A stretch of 64,000 nt of DNA from Tubiluchus corallicola (lineage: Eukaryota > Animalia > Priapulida): assembly GCA_030141605.1 (NCBI GenBank), contig JAQGDQ010001053.1, positions 1 to 64,000 on the forward strand. The letters run 5' to 3'. Position numbers and translations under genes: made by a program. The notes under the pieces are model-generated. The model had not been told where the DNA came from. It searched no databases and saw nothing but the letters and a program-made list of their open reading frames with translations. Shown here one piece after another: positions 63,280 through 64,000 of this stretch (positions are counted from its first letter, which is position 1; each line of letters opens with the position of its first letter).

Positions 63280-63520
63280 GCCAGCATTTACAGTAGGAGC
63301 ATCATTCACATGTGATGATAGTTTATTCCATAAACTTACAACTCTGTTGCTGAAGAAATGTTTAAACCAAGTAAGTGAGCTTTTTTTTACTTGTAATTTT
63401 AGACGGTGGCCCATTTGACAGGACTTAGTAAGCAACAACAGCGTTTATAATTTATAGTCTATCCATCAAAGATGTGAAACATTTGAGTGAATATTAAGGA
63501 GCGTTCAGACCTAGAGATAT
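63280..63520 (-). mobile_element. CR1-type LINE ORF2 C-terminal fragment
   Basis: GHRLKL...FFSNRVVSLWNKL...APTVN, the typical CR1/L2 ORF2 terminus. Confidence 0.75.
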
Positions 63521-64000
63521 CTCTTGCAACATGCAGGGGCGTCGTGCACCCAAAAAAAATTGGGGGGGGGGGGGGGGCGACTGTATATAATGGCGGAACT
63601 TAACTGTTTAAAAAACGTATAATTTTGAAAACAATGAACAGTATTTTGCGTGCAAGAAAAACGATTTATTTATTCCCAACTGGCATTTAACTTAAAGCTA
63701 TAGCAACGGAAACTTAATTAAAATTAAAAATTGCTGCCAACATGTTGCACAACTTCTCTCTCAGGGTAGAGTTGCACTGGTGAACGGCTTAGCAACTTCT
63801 CTCGCAGCTTGTTGTGCAATTTCCCAATGAGAATAAAGTTGCACAGTGTGACCCGCCAGCAATATTGGCAATATCCAAGACGGAAAGCAGATGCGTTAAC
63901 ACAAGACTAAACTTTCTGATCCTAACATCCCCACGTGTGTCTCAAAACGTACGAAATAAAGTAATTACAGTCAATTATTTACTGTTGAAAACTTGGCCAA

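Overview
AT-rich, intron-rich genomic DNA from an invertebrate animal; the taxon cannot be determined from the sequence alone. Splicing exons by hand (GT-AG sites, phase-checked) gives a cluster of immune-type genes. (1) Two tandem paralogues on the minus strand encode Ig(V)-Ig(C2)-Ig(I)-C1q proteins. Copy A1 (2159-14466) has its last exon off-window and its leader splice donor deleted. Copy A2 (31277-55986) is complete and carries three extra phase-1 beta-defensin-like exons in intron 1. (2) A secreted colipase/prokineticin-fold cysteine-rich gene lies on the plus strand (16777 to at least 17618). (3) A type-I membrane receptor on the minus strand (20588-27883) has SUEL-lectin, CUB, mucin-stalk and TM domains and an ITAM-like tail. 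(4) The 3' end of another TM receptor (minus, 61477-62530) has a 13-Tyr tail. The rest is segmental duplication, minisatellites (37, 60/61, 97, 104 bp), microsatellites, a hAT MITE, two Helitron-like elements, a Gypsy remnant with a nested 2A-bearing LINE, LINE fragments, a tRNA-derived SINE head and one N gap. All gene models are manual predictions without transcript or database support.
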